Positions 46,527-55,920 of a stretch of 64,000 nucleotides of DNA are shown piece by piece. Source of the stretch: Planctomycetota bacterium (GTDB taxonomy: Bacteria > JAJVIF01 > JAPKYR01); NCBI GenBank assembly GCA_030614715.1, contig JAUWTM010000001.1, positions 29,661 to 93,660 of the forward strand. Reading direction: 5' to 3'. The notes under the pieces are model-generated. The model saw only the letters and a program-made list of their open reading frames with translations. It did not search any database and was not told the DNA's origin. The translations under genes and the position numbers were made by a program. The first letter of the stretch is position 1; the number at the start of each line of letters is the position of its first letter.

Positions 46527-47393
46527 CTATGATTTTAACTCGAAACGGTAATTTGCTGCCTTTAAGAGGTTATCGAACAGGCATGCTGTCGTGACCGGAC
46601 CCACACCACCCGGAACTGGCGTGTACGCACCGGCTGTGGAAATGATGCTTTCAGTATCAACATCGCCGCAGAGTTTACCCTTGTCGTCGACATTGATCCC
46701 CACATCGATTACGGTCGCGCTGGGACGGATAAATTTCTCGTTCACCATTCTGGCGCGTCCGATCGCTACAATAAGGACCTCCGCACGCTTGCAGATTGCC
46801 GCAAGCGACTGCGTCCGGGAGTGACACCACGTTAGTGTCGCGTGACGTCCAAGCGCGAGAATACCTGCAGGTTTGCCGACAACGAGGCTCCTCCCGAGCA
46901 CTACAACTTCCTTGCCTTTCAGCCCGATGCGGCTGAAATCGAGTATTTCGAATATTGCGCGCGCGGTCGGTGGCAGCAGGGCTTTGTTTGAGCCCCTGAA
47001 CAACAGTCCGGACTGATACGGAGTAATCCCGTCGACATCCCTCGTCTGGTCGATCGCACGTCCGACTTCTTCCAGCTTGACGCCGTCAGGAAGTGGTTCC
47101 TGTACGAGGATTCCATCGATCAGCGGGTCGTCGTTCAGCTTAAAGACCTCCCGCTGAATAGCCATCAGGTCTGATTTGGGATTTACGGGGATCTCGACAA
47201 CCTCTGCAGAGACTTTTTTCGCCGTGATTCGGATGGTCTTGAGATAACTTTGTCCGGACGGATCCGGGGACGCCAAGACCGCGAGTCGCGGGGGACGGTC
47301 GTGTTTTGAGGCGAACTCTATACTTATTTCGCTGGTAGCTTCGTTAATCGCTTTCGCGACGGGTCTGCCCAGCAGCGTGCTTGCATCAGCCAT
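46527..47393 (-). CDS. folD: Bifunctional methylenetetrahydrofolate dehydrogenase / methenyl-THF cyclohydrolase
   Basis: 288 aa with GILVQEPLP, VVVLGRSLVVGKP and YTPVPGGVGPVTTACL, matching FolD signatures. Confidence 0.9.
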   Translation of the reverse strand: MADASTLLGRPVAKAINEATSEISIEFASKHDRPPRLAVLASPDPSGQSYLKTIRITAKKVSAEVVEIPVNPKSDLMAIQREVFKLNDDPLIDGILVQEPLPDGVKLEEVGRAIDQTRDVDGITPYQSGLLFRGSNKALLPPTARAIFEILDFSRIGLKGKEVVVLGRSLVVGKPAGILALGRHATLTWCHSRTQSLAAICKRAEVLIVAIGRARMVNEKFIRPSATVIDVGINVDDKGKLCGDVDTESIISTAGAYTPVPGGVGPVTTACLFDNLLKAANYRFELKS

Positions 47394-47463
47394 AAAAATA
47401 TCCTCTCAGGGAGAGGATGTTAGCATAAATGGACCGCATACGTCTTGTGAAGTAATCTCTGGT

Positions 47464-49737
47464 TTACCAATGGCCCCAGGCTACCCGAAGGTCATTAAGA
47501 CCGTCAGGACCAAGGTAAACGATTAACGGACGGTCCATCGAATCGAGTGCCAGAGCGATTTTTGCCCTGTCGAAGGAAGGTGCAACAAACTGGTCGTGCC
47601 AGCCGCCTTCATCCCTGTAGATATATGAAACACCATCATCATGGTTGTCCTTGTACGCGATGTGGGGTTGTCCATGTGAGTCAGTCCTGATATCCAGCTC
47701 GTCCAGAAAATTTATTGAACCGATCGCGGCACCAGGCACGATTGTTGATGTCATCCAGTTTAATTCACTACCATGCGAGAACTTGAGTCCGGGATCGTCG
47801 TAATATGTAACATACATTTCACCGGAAAGCCCGGCAGAGATTCTTGGGCATGTAACAGGCGATGCATAGATCACATGCATTTGCCAGGTTCCAGTTGTGT
47901 TGTACCAAACAGTCAGATTATTGACCGCCCATGGCTCTGTTGACACGATGTAAGGATTGCCAAAGGAGTCGAACGCAAAATCCATGCAGTTGTCGCCAAC
48001 AAGAGGTCCTACAGCTTCCTTTTCCCAGTCACCGGGCTGACCATACGCGAACCACAACGTATCGTCGTCAATGTTGAACGAAACCCCGTAATTTGTTCCG
48101 TCGTGATCGATTACGTTGAAATACCCGCCGCAGTAGGATGTATCTATCTCAGAGTAGTTCCAGTCCAGTGAGATGTGGTCGCGTATATTTATGACGCTGT
48201 CGCGATTCGCACCGTTCCAGTGGATGTTCGGCCAAACAGCAGCGAGGTTCCAGTCGGGATCGAAGCACATGCGGATCGAGCAGTGCGCACCCGTGTCTCC
48301 GTAACCGAACGGTGTGTCGTGATCCCAATCGATTCCGTTCCATGCATAAAAATGATACATGGCCCCGCCGTCCGCAGATGATACTGCCACAATCGGATTA
48401 TCGTCCTGGTCGAAAATACCGTTTGTCATCCAGATATCGTGCGGGTGGCCAAGGTTGATATGATCCCATGCGTAATTCACCTTTATTGGTACGTCGTATA
48501 TGTAATACGCTGCGAGATGTCCCTCGGGATAATCGATACCGCTTATTCCGGGAATCTGGGGTTCGTACGTTGCTGGATGAACCGAATTAACCGTGACCAG
48601 CAGCAGTTGATTGTTGAGGCCTGATGGGGTTACGTCTGGAATGTTAATATCGTACCTGCGCCTGGTTACGTTAACCGGGACCATATATCCATTTGCTGGA
48701 TCCAGGTAAATCGGACCCTGAAAAAGGGTCGGTGATTCAATTTTTATGGACTCGATCTCTTCGGTAGCTGCGATACTCATACCGTATAATTGCCAGTCAT
48801 AGATATCCAGCTTCAGATCCAGATCACCACCGTAATGCGATTGATCAAAGAACCACGCACTGCAACCAGTATCGATTACATCAAGCTTATATGCTTCCGG
48901 CATGTTTGCACTTATGGGAAAATGTTGAGGTAAATTGGGATTTTCAATGTCTTCGTAAGGTTGAGCCCATGACGCGCTTACTGCGTACTTGAAGTTAAAT
49001 ACGGGCGAACTATCTTCGACTTGGAATTGCAGTTCGTACCTTCGCTTGTTATTTGCGTTATTGTACGATGAAAAAAATCCGCGGTTGTTGATATTTACGA
49101 AAAAATCATCCTCGGCTGATAAACCATCGCAGAAGTACTTGAATGCATTAAGAGTATGCGTGCTCGTGAAATTCGGATTGGCTCTCGCACCCTCGATGTA
49201 TCCGAGCAGAGTTCCGTACGTTGTGAACTCGACCTGGTTCCACCATCTGGTCCATCCATCGGGATTTTGAAGGAGTGTGTTCGGTTGAATACTTGAGATT
49301 ATCGATGGATCTGTCGCCCACGGAACGCCATCGTGATCGTCCATTACGATACCCATCACGTCGAACCCGCAGAATATCGATCCAGGGAACGGGTGGTTGA
49401 GCGTAACATCGACATTGACCAGTCCAGATGGAAAGTCGGACGTGCCTGCATCGATGTTAATCGTCAGCATATGGATCGGTGATTGAGGTGGCTGGAGATG
49501 GTTGACAACATTCGCCTGAAAGTTGAGCGCCCTGAGCGGCACGATTTCCAGCGTTTCGTTCTCCGGATCGATGTAGACGTCCCACAATCCCCAGATCGTG
49601 CGATGATTTCCGACCTGATTAATTGAGTGAATATCCGGGGTACTGATATCAGGTGATACAGGGATTTGGGATTTACTGCATGAGCCAAAGGATACTGCAA
49701 CGATGGTCAGCAGGATGATCAGCTTGACACGGTGCAT
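47464..49737 (-). CDS. Secreted lipoprotein: family N-module + a distinct Trp/Asp-rich repeat (propeller-like) C-terminal domain
   Basis: Lipobox SFGSCS, with RBS GGGAGGG. N-module motifs IWGLWD, NHPFPGSIFCGFDVMGI, NPDGWTRWWN, FKYFCD, KRRYELQF, KYAVSASW, IYDWQ. Confidence 0.85.
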   Translation of the reverse strand: MHRVKLIILLTIVAVSFGSCSKSQIPVSPDISTPDIHSINQVGNHRTIWGLWDVYIDPENETLEIVPLRALNFQANVVNHLQPPQSPIHMLTINIDAGTSDFPSGLVNVDVTLNHPFPGSIFCGFDVMGIVMDDHDGVPWATDPSIISSIQPNTLLQNPDGWTRWWNQVEFTTYGTLLGYIEGARANPNFTSTHTLNAFKYFCDGLSAEDDFFVNINNRGFFSSYNNANNKRRYELQFQVEDSSPVFNFKYAVSASWAQPYEDIENPNLPQHFPISANMPEAYKLDVIDTGCSAWFFDQSHYGGDLDLKLDIYDWQLYGMSIAATEEIESIKIESPTLFQGPIYLDPANGYMVPVNVTRRRYDINIPDVTPSGLNNQLLLVTVNSVHPATYEPQIPGISGIDYPEGHLAAYYIYDVPIKVNYAWDHINLGHPHDIWMTNGIFDQDDNPIVAVSSADGGAMYHFYAWNGIDWDHDTPFGYGDTGAHCSIRMCFDPDWNLAAVWPNIHWNGANRDSVINIRDHISLDWNYSEIDTSYCGGYFNVIDHDGTNYGVSFNIDDDTLWFAYGQPGDWEKEAVGPLVGDNCMDFAFDSFGNPYIVSTEPWAVNNLTVWYNTTGTWQMHVIYASPVTCPRISAGLSGEMYVTYYDDPGLKFSHGSELNWMTSTIVPGAAIGSINFLDELDIRTDSHGQPHIAYKDNHDDGVSYIYRDEGGWHDQFVAPSFDRAKIALALDSMDRPLIVYLGPDGLNDLRVAWGHW

Positions 49738-49887
49738 AGTAAACCCTCCCTACTAATGCTAAACTTAATTATACCTGAATCAAGGTATGGTAATCAAGAC
49801 CCATTCATATAAAATGTAATGATTTTTGGGTATGGGTCCCTGATACGATATACTTGTAGTCGATCTGATCAAGCCGGAGGCCAACTT

Positions 49888-51804
49888 ATGCGGTCAAGAA
49901 TGTACTCGGTAGTCCTGTGCGGATTCGTGATGCTCCTGTTAATGAGCTGCTCAGGGGGTGAGCCGACCTCACCAGCCATTGAAAGACCGGCTGAATCCGG
50001 TTCTGCCCAGTCCGGACATCATCTTTGGGGACTCTGGGATTTCGTTTACGATCCCGACTCAAACTCAATCGATACACTCCCTCTGAGGACCGCTGAATTC
50101 AACGCGAACGTCGTCAGGTTCCTCCAGCCGCCATCATCCCCCATCCACCTCCTTACCGTAACCATCAACAGCGGTAGCGACCCCGTTAACGGCTACCTCG
50201 TCCTCGACATCAGCCTCCGTCACCCGTTCATCGGCGTCAACCTGTTCCGAGGATTCGATGTAAGGGGCATTATCATGTCCGAGGGCGGATCAATCGGCAT
50301 CCACGATCCTGAAATCAGCTACTTCCAGCCGACCGGTACGAGGGTTCTCAACCCCGATGGATACTCCCGCTGGTGGAATTACCAGGAATTTACATCCTAC
50401 GGTACCATCCTTGGTTACACCGACGGTGCTAAGACAACCCCGGGATTCGAGCCGGACGCAACGTTAAACCCGTACAAGGTTTTCAGCGACTCACTCGACG
50501 AGGAAGCGCCCATCTATTCGATGGATTTCGACCAGCGCGCGACTTTCGGGACATACCCGGGATTCAACACGCGACGGTACCGGATCCAGTTCAATATTAA
50601 TGGTGATCCTCCGTTCAGGTTCAAATATGCAATCGACGCGTCATGGTCGATGCCCGATCCTGCCTTCGAACCGGATTATCCTGTCGAGGCGTACGACCTC
50701 TCCGCGAACTGCCAGGAGCCGTATTTACTGAGAGTCCCGCTATTCGAGGATCGTCCATACTACGAGGACCCGTCCACCTACGGCGGTGACGCTGTTTTCC
50801 TCCTGACTATCGGCGACTGGCAGGTTGATTCGGGTGAAACCGTCCTCGACCAGCTGACACACATCTGGGTCGAGTCCCCAACGCTCATCGATAGCCCGAT
50901 GGATGTGATTTCATCCGCTGAATTTGTCAGCTCGATTCATCACACCCAGGCTACTTACAGAATAACCATCCCGAACTGCCATCCGACTGGTCTGGAAGGC
51001 CAGAAATTCCTGATCACCGCTGAAAGTGCGGATCCTGACACGTACGCACCTCAGATCGATGGTGATCCGAACCTTTTCGACTGGCCGGAAGCACCGCTTG
51101 CTGCATTTACAGTTGTCGATGTGCCCATCGATCCGGAGGGTCCGGTTGAGCCTGAGGAATATTATGTCGTGGGCCTTCCCGACTGGTGCGCATTGACCGA
51201 GCACTGCACGACTGGTGTCGATAACCTGCAATTGATCACGAACCTGATCGAGTGGGATCTCGATGGCCCTTACAACGATGAAATGACCGTCAAATGGTGG
51301 GGAGGCCATGTAATCCCGACCGCTCCGTACTCAACATCGGTGATTCAGACACACGTGCAGTCGCTTGGGTACACTTTTGTACGCTCACAGGAACCCGCTT
51401 TCGATCCCGCCGGATGCCGCATGATCATCGTGAATTTCGTCAGGAGCGGATTGGCACAGTACACACCGTTTACCGGACAGGAGATCCACGACATGAAGGA
51501 CTTCGTGTTCCACGGCGGTGTGCTCTGTTTCCTTATCGAAAATACGAACTACTTCGATCCGGTCGAGTTCGAACCGCTCATGGACGCACTTAGTGTGCCC
51601 CTGACTTACGGCGGTCCGGCTGAGCCACCCTCAACTGATACCCAGACAACCGACATCACCGATCATCTTCTGACAACGGGTGTAAATACGTTCCAGTACT
51701 GGACCTGCGGCGAGTTCCTACTCGAAAGCGAGGACTGCATATCACTCGTCCGCAGCCCAACCGGTGAGCATTTAGTGGTCCTTGCACCGATTGATCTCGG
51801 TTAG
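49888..51804 (+). CDS. Secreted lipoprotein: family N-module + a ~200-aa unrelated C-terminal domain
   Basis: The ATG at 49888 follows GGAGG and gives MRSRMYSVVLCGFVMLLLMSCSGG. Motifs HLWGLWD, RHPFIGVNLFRGFDVRGI, NPDGYSRWWN, NPYKVFSD, TRRYRIQF, KYAIDASW, IGDWQ. It is divergently arranged with the 47464..49737 paralog. Confidence 0.85.
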   Translation: MRSRMYSVVLCGFVMLLLMSCSGGEPTSPAIERPAESGSAQSGHHLWGLWDFVYDPDSNSIDTLPLRTAEFNANVVRFLQPPSSPIHLLTVTINSGSDPVNGYLVLDISLRHPFIGVNLFRGFDVRGIIMSEGGSIGIHDPEISYFQPTGTRVLNPDGYSRWWNYQEFTSYGTILGYTDGAKTTPGFEPDATLNPYKVFSDSLDEEAPIYSMDFDQRATFGTYPGFNTRRYRIQFNINGDPPFRFKYAIDASWSMPDPAFEPDYPVEAYDLSANCQEPYLLRVPLFEDRPYYEDPSTYGGDAVFLLTIGDWQVDSGETVLDQLTHIWVESPTLIDSPMDVISSAEFVSSIHHTQATYRITIPNCHPTGLEGQKFLITAESADPDTYAPQIDGDPNLFDWPEAPLAAFTVVDVPIDPEGPVEPEEYYVVGLPDWCALTEHCTTGVDNLQLITNLIEWDLDGPYNDEMTVKWWGGHVIPTAPYSTSVIQTHVQSLGYTFVRSQEPAFDPAGCRMIIVNFVRSGLAQYTPFTGQEIHDMKDFVFHGGVLCFLIENTNYFDPVEFEPLMDALSVPLTYGGPAEPPSTDTQTTDITDHLLTTGVNTFQYWTCGEFLLESEDCISLVRSPTGEHLVVLAPIDLG

Positions 51805-51884
51805 TGAAATCTCGGTCCTTATTCAATATTAACAAATGGGATTATAAACTGTACACCAGCCGTATGGTTGGTGGCGGATTTCAC

Positions 51885-52367
51885 TCAATCCTTCTTCTGC
51901 CTTAACTCATTCATCGCCTCAAGCAATACCTCTGTCGCGTGAATGACCTTTTCCCTTTCGTCCTGCGGGACATTTACCATCAACGCCTCATAGGAATCGA
52001 CACTCGCCTTGTCCAGATCCTCGAAAATCTGCTGCCCTTTTTCCGTCAGCGTTAACACAAGACGTCTGCGGTCTCGCTGATCTGTCTGCTTGTCGATTGC
52101 CTTTAACTCGATCAGCGAATTGACTATTTTCGTCAGGTGCGACTTCTCCAGCCTGAGGATCTTCGCGACCTCGCCGGGACTGATGCTTTCCTCGTCATGC
52201 ACAACCGTCAGCACGTACGACTGCTGAGGGGACAGGTAAAAGTCGGGATATCGCTTACGGGGGTCGGAAAGTGTGAATCCCCTGAGCAGCCATGCCATGC
52301 TGTCATGCAGCCGTCTGCTCTGAGATCTGATCTTAGATTCCCTGGGTTTACTGCGTTTGTCTGCCAA
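51885..52367 (-). CDS. MarR-family transcriptional regulator
   Basis: 160 aa with a winged-helix region: LSPQQSYVLTVVHDEESISPGEVAKILRLEKSHLTKIVNSLIELKAIDKQTDQRDRRRLVLTLTEKG. Confidence 0.85.
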   Translation of the reverse strand: MADKRSKPRESKIRSQSRRLHDSMAWLLRGFTLSDPRKRYPDFYLSPQQSYVLTVVHDEESISPGEVAKILRLEKSHLTKIVNSLIELKAIDKQTDQRDRRRLVLTLTEKGQQIFEDLDKASVDSYEALMVNVPQDEREKVIHATEVLLEAMNELRQKKD

Positions 52368-52441
52368 TTAAATCTGCCTCGGCTTCCCTCGCCCTGATTT
52401 TCATTATTGCAAAAAAAGTTGAATATTTCCACCAAAATTGG

Positions 52442-52478
52442 TTGACAATGGCAACTATTCCTGCTAAATAGTTACTAT
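52442..52478 (+). promoter_or_regulatory. Candidate promoter/operator in the marR-tldD divergent intergenic region
   Basis: TTGACA at 52442-52447. The best -10 at 17-nt spacing is only TAAATA. It overlaps the 11-bp palindrome ATAGT-T-ACTAT at 52468-52478, a plausible MarR-type operator. Confidence 0.3.
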
Positions 52479-52526
52479 ATTGCATAGTGTTAATGGGGCG
52501 AACAGGAATACCCAGAGAGGTGAATA

Positions 52527-53924
52527 ATGAGTAAAGAAGTCGCTCTACTGCCGAACGTACGCGAACGGCTGGACGAGGCTCTGAAGACCGGAGCCGACGC
52601 TGCCGAAGTTGAAATACGGCTGGAAGAGACAGAAAGTACAAATATTGCGTTCCAGAAGGATGCTCTCGAGACACTCGACAAGGGTGTCTCTGCGGGTGGA
52701 TGCGTCCGCGCGCTGGTCAACGGAAGCTGGGGATTCGCCAGTTTCAACTCGCTTGAGAACCTGCCCGGACGGGTGGAGCAGGCGATTTCAGTGGCGAAAG
52801 CTCTCGGATCCGGAACTGGAAAGCTGTTCCCGCATGAGCCGCACACGGATTCGATCCCGATCGTTATCAAACGCGATCCTCGCGATGTCCCGGTTACCGA
52901 GACACTTGACCTCATCAAGAACTACAACGAGATCATGCTGAAGAGCGAGGGAATTGTCTCGACTCTTTCCCGGTACATGCACTTCCACTACCGCAGGATA
53001 TTCGCGAACAAGTCGGGTAGTTTCATCGAGCAGGAGAAAATGCGTGCCACGATGGTTCTCCTTGCCATGGCTCCGGACCCTGACGGTATGATGCAGGACG
53101 CACGTAATTTCGCGAGCAGCTTAATTGATTACGATGTCATCCTCGGGAAGGAAGCCCTTGCCGATGAAGTCGCGAAGAGAGCGATCGAGGTCGCGAACGC
53201 GCCCAGGGTCAAGGGCGGGGTCTACCCCGTAATTGTCGATCCTGACCTGACCGGTACTTTCGTCCATGAGGCGTTCGGACATCTCAGCGAAGCCGATTTC
53301 GTGTACGAAAACAAGGACTGGCAGAAGATCCTGACGCTTGGTCGAAAAATGGGTCGCCCGATACTTAACATCACCGACGGAGCGACTGTCCCCGATCAGG
53401 GTGGGACGTACAAATTTGATGATGAAGGAACTCCGGCACAGCTGACATGGCTCGTTAAGGACGGAATTCTCAACGACAGGCTTCATTCGCGCGAGACAGC
53501 CGAAGCCCTTGGCGAAAAGCCGACCGGAAACGCGCGTGCGATCAACTACAGGCATGCACCGATCGTCCGTATGACTAATACCTCGATCGAGCCGGGTCCG
53601 AACACACTCGACGAGATGCTTGCCGACATAAAGTACGGTATCTATGCGGTACGTCCTCACGGCGGACAGACGTCGCTCGAGCAGTTCACATTCGGTGCCG
53701 ATGAGGGCTTTGAAATTGTCGACGGAAAGATAGGCAAGAGGCTCAGAAACGTGAGCATCTCCGGAAACCTCTTCAAAACGCTTGAAAATATCGACATGAT
53801 CTCCGATGACCGCAAGTGGGAGTCGGTCGGTGGATGCGGAAAGGGTGAGCAGGCTCCATTGCCGGTAGGAACCGGCGGACCGCACATCAGAATCCAGGAC
53901 TGCATTGTCGGAGGTGAGTCGTAA
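52527..53924 (+). CDS. tldD: TldD-family metalloprotease
   Basis: 465 aa with the metal-binding motif FVHEAFGHLSEAD. It is followed by the partner gene with a 1-nt overlap (TAATG). Confidence 0.9.
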   Translation: MSKEVALLPNVRERLDEALKTGADAAEVEIRLEETESTNIAFQKDALETLDKGVSAGGCVRALVNGSWGFASFNSLENLPGRVEQAISVAKALGSGTGKLFPHEPHTDSIPIVIKRDPRDVPVTETLDLIKNYNEIMLKSEGIVSTLSRYMHFHYRRIFANKSGSFIEQEKMRATMVLLAMAPDPDGMMQDARNFASSLIDYDVILGKEALADEVAKRAIEVANAPRVKGGVYPVIVDPDLTGTFVHEAFGHLSEADFVYENKDWQKILTLGRKMGRPILNITDGATVPDQGGTYKFDDEGTPAQLTWLVKDGILNDRLHSRETAEALGEKPTGNARAINYRHAPIVRMTNTSIEPGPNTLDEMLADIKYGIYAVRPHGGQTSLEQFTFGADEGFEIVDGKIGKRLRNVSISGNLFKTLENIDMISDDRKWESVGGCGKGEQAPLPVGTGGPHIRIQDCIVGGES

Positions 53925-55231
53925 TGACACTGATAGATGAAATTCTGAACAAGGCAAAGGCTGATTCTGACGCTGCAGAGGTATTCCAGACTTCCAGCGA
54001 GACCACTTCGTGCGCATGGAGCGCTGATAAGCTCAAACTTGCTGAAGCGAAGGAATCAAGCGGGATCGCTCTCAGGGTGCTGATCGATGGAAAGGTCGGG
54101 TTTTTCGCGACAAGTAAGATCGATGATCCCGATTTCATCGTAAAAACAGCCTGCGACCTTGCACCGCTCGGAAGCGAGTTCGCTGGTGAGCTCCCGGCTG
54201 AATTCAAGCCAGCAGACGTTGATTCATTTGATGAAGACACGGCGAAGGTCGATGCCGGCAAACTCGTGACAGTCGGTAACGATATGGTGGGGAAGGCCAG
54301 GGACGCCAACAGCGATGCGATTTACGATGCCAAGCTGGACAGGTCTGTAATAACCGCTGAGATCGCAAACTCAAACGGTGCCCGTGCTACGTTTGAAAAG
54401 ACAATTTTCTACGGGTACCTGTATGGATCGATTACTCGCGAGGGCGACGTGCTCGGTATATACGAATTCGATCATTCCGGTGCTTTCAGCTCCCAGCCTG
54501 ACGAATGGGTGGACCTGACAGTCCGGAAGCTGAAGGATGCATCCAACGTAGTTACAATTCCTGCTGGCGAGTACCCGTGCATTCTCACCCCGAAGGCACT
54601 TGATATCCTCGGACCACTACAGAGCGCCTTGAACGCGAGAATGGTCCTGAAGGACATGTCACCGTACAAGGATAAGGTCGGGGAGCAGGTTTTCGATCCC
54701 CGCATCAACATTGACGATGACGGTCTCTACGGAAATATGCCGGGGACACAACCAGTCGACGATGAAGGCATCACCTCACAGGTAACACCGCTCATTGAAA
54801 AGGGAGTCCTGAAGGGATTCATTCATGACCTTCATACCGCCAGTAAAATGGGTGTCGAGCCGACCGGTAACGGCATGAGAGCCGGGCTGTCGGCTAATCC
54901 GCGTGCAGGTTATTCTACCCTCGTCTTCAGGCCGGGAGACAAGACGCTGGAGGAGTTGATCGCTGGAATCGAGAAGGGGGTTCTGGTCGACCAGATCATG
55001 GGAGCACATCAGGCGTCGCCGTTCTCAGGTGATTTCTCGGTGTCCGTGAACCTCGGCTACGTTATCGAAAACGGCAAGATCATCGGACGGTTCAAGGACG
55101 GAATGCTGGCAGGTAACGTCTTCAGAATGCTGAAGGACCAGGTTTTGGAGATAGGAAGCGAGTTAAAGTACACGGGAGTACTCGCACCACCGATCCTCCT
55201 CGACAAAATGACCGTCGCGACCGGCGGTTAA
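53924..55231 (+). CDS. pmbA: PmbA/TldE-family protein (TldD partner)
   Basis: 435 aa, paralogous to TldD but lacking the HExxxH motif, and translationally coupled to tldD. Confidence 0.85.
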   Translation: MTLIDEILNKAKADSDAAEVFQTSSETTSCAWSADKLKLAEAKESSGIALRVLIDGKVGFFATSKIDDPDFIVKTACDLAPLGSEFAGELPAEFKPADVDSFDEDTAKVDAGKLVTVGNDMVGKARDANSDAIYDAKLDRSVITAEIANSNGARATFEKTIFYGYLYGSITREGDVLGIYEFDHSGAFSSQPDEWVDLTVRKLKDASNVVTIPAGEYPCILTPKALDILGPLQSALNARMVLKDMSPYKDKVGEQVFDPRINIDDDGLYGNMPGTQPVDDEGITSQVTPLIEKGVLKGFIHDLHTASKMGVEPTGNGMRAGLSANPRAGYSTLVFRPGDKTLEELIAGIEKGVLVDQIMGAHQASPFSGDFSVSVNLGYVIENGKIIGRFKDGMLAGNVFRMLKDQVLEIGSELKYTGVLAPPILLDKMTVATGG

Positions 55232-55294
55232 TGAAACGACTTATTAACACTGACAAATAGATAACACGATGGATCCGCCAGAGTGTTAATGAGG

Positions 55295-55330
55295 CCCGTC
55301 ATGCAAGCAGACATGGCGGGTTCTTTCTTA
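55295..55330 (+). terminator. Rho-independent terminator after tldD-pmbA
   Basis: CCCGTCATG-caagcaga-CATGGCGGG (9-bp stem with 1 mismatch) followed by TTCTTTCTTA, 64 nt after the pmbA stop. Confidence 0.5.
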
Positions 55331-55438
55331 TGTGTTGTATCCATAAGGTTCTTTGACAATTGCTCATATATTTCATCACGGTTTGTCTATCTGTTAAACT
55401 GTTCGTTATTGAAAACCAGCTTCCCGGGGAGGATCATC

Positions 55439-55831
55439 GTGGACTACTATTACGGCTGTACACTCTCATGTTCGTTTGACAAGGCTGTCGACGCAGTTAA
55501 ATCAGCTCTTGCCGCTGAAGGGTTCGGGATACTTACCGAGATCGATGTTAAATCGACACTGAAGAGTAAGCTCGATGTCGATTTTTACAATTACCTCATC
55601 CTTGGTGCCTGCAATCCCCCGTTTGCGTACAAGGCGCTGACAGTTGAAGACAAAATTGGCACAATGCTGCCCTGCAATGTGATCGTTCAGCAAAAACCCG
55701 GATGTGATGTCGAGGTCTCAGCCGTAAACCCGGTCGCATCAATGATGGGGATTGAGAACGACGAATTGTCGGCAATTGCAAACGAGATAAGGCAGAAACT
55801 GCGTAACGTTATCGACGCTCTGAAAGCCTGA
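55439..55831 (+). CDS. DUF302-domain protein
   Basis: The GTG at 55439 follows GGGGAGG. (M)DYYYGCTLSCSFDKAVDAVKSALAAEGFGILTEIDV matches the usual DUF302 N-terminus. The track start at 55283 would read through the terminator hairpin, so I reject it. Confidence 0.75.
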   Translation: MDYYYGCTLSCSFDKAVDAVKSALAAEGFGILTEIDVKSTLKSKLDVDFYNYLILGACNPPFAYKALTVEDKIGTMLPCNVIVQQKPGCDVEVSAVNPVASMMGIENDELSAIANEIRQKLRNVIDALKA

Positions 55832-55920
55832 TATCGCCAGCTTCATGTTATACTTTTACACTGTTGTATTACTTCTTCTTTTAACGATGTTTCAGGTTTC
55901 ACTCCGGAAGGTGATCACTC

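Noticed and set aside
52527-55231. tldD-pmbA next to a MarR regulator as a possible novel peptide (microcin/RiPP) maturation system.
   Set aside because: No precursor-peptide-like small ORF, modification enzyme or exporter is adjacent. TldD/PmbA pairs are widespread housekeeping proteases, so this looks ordinary.
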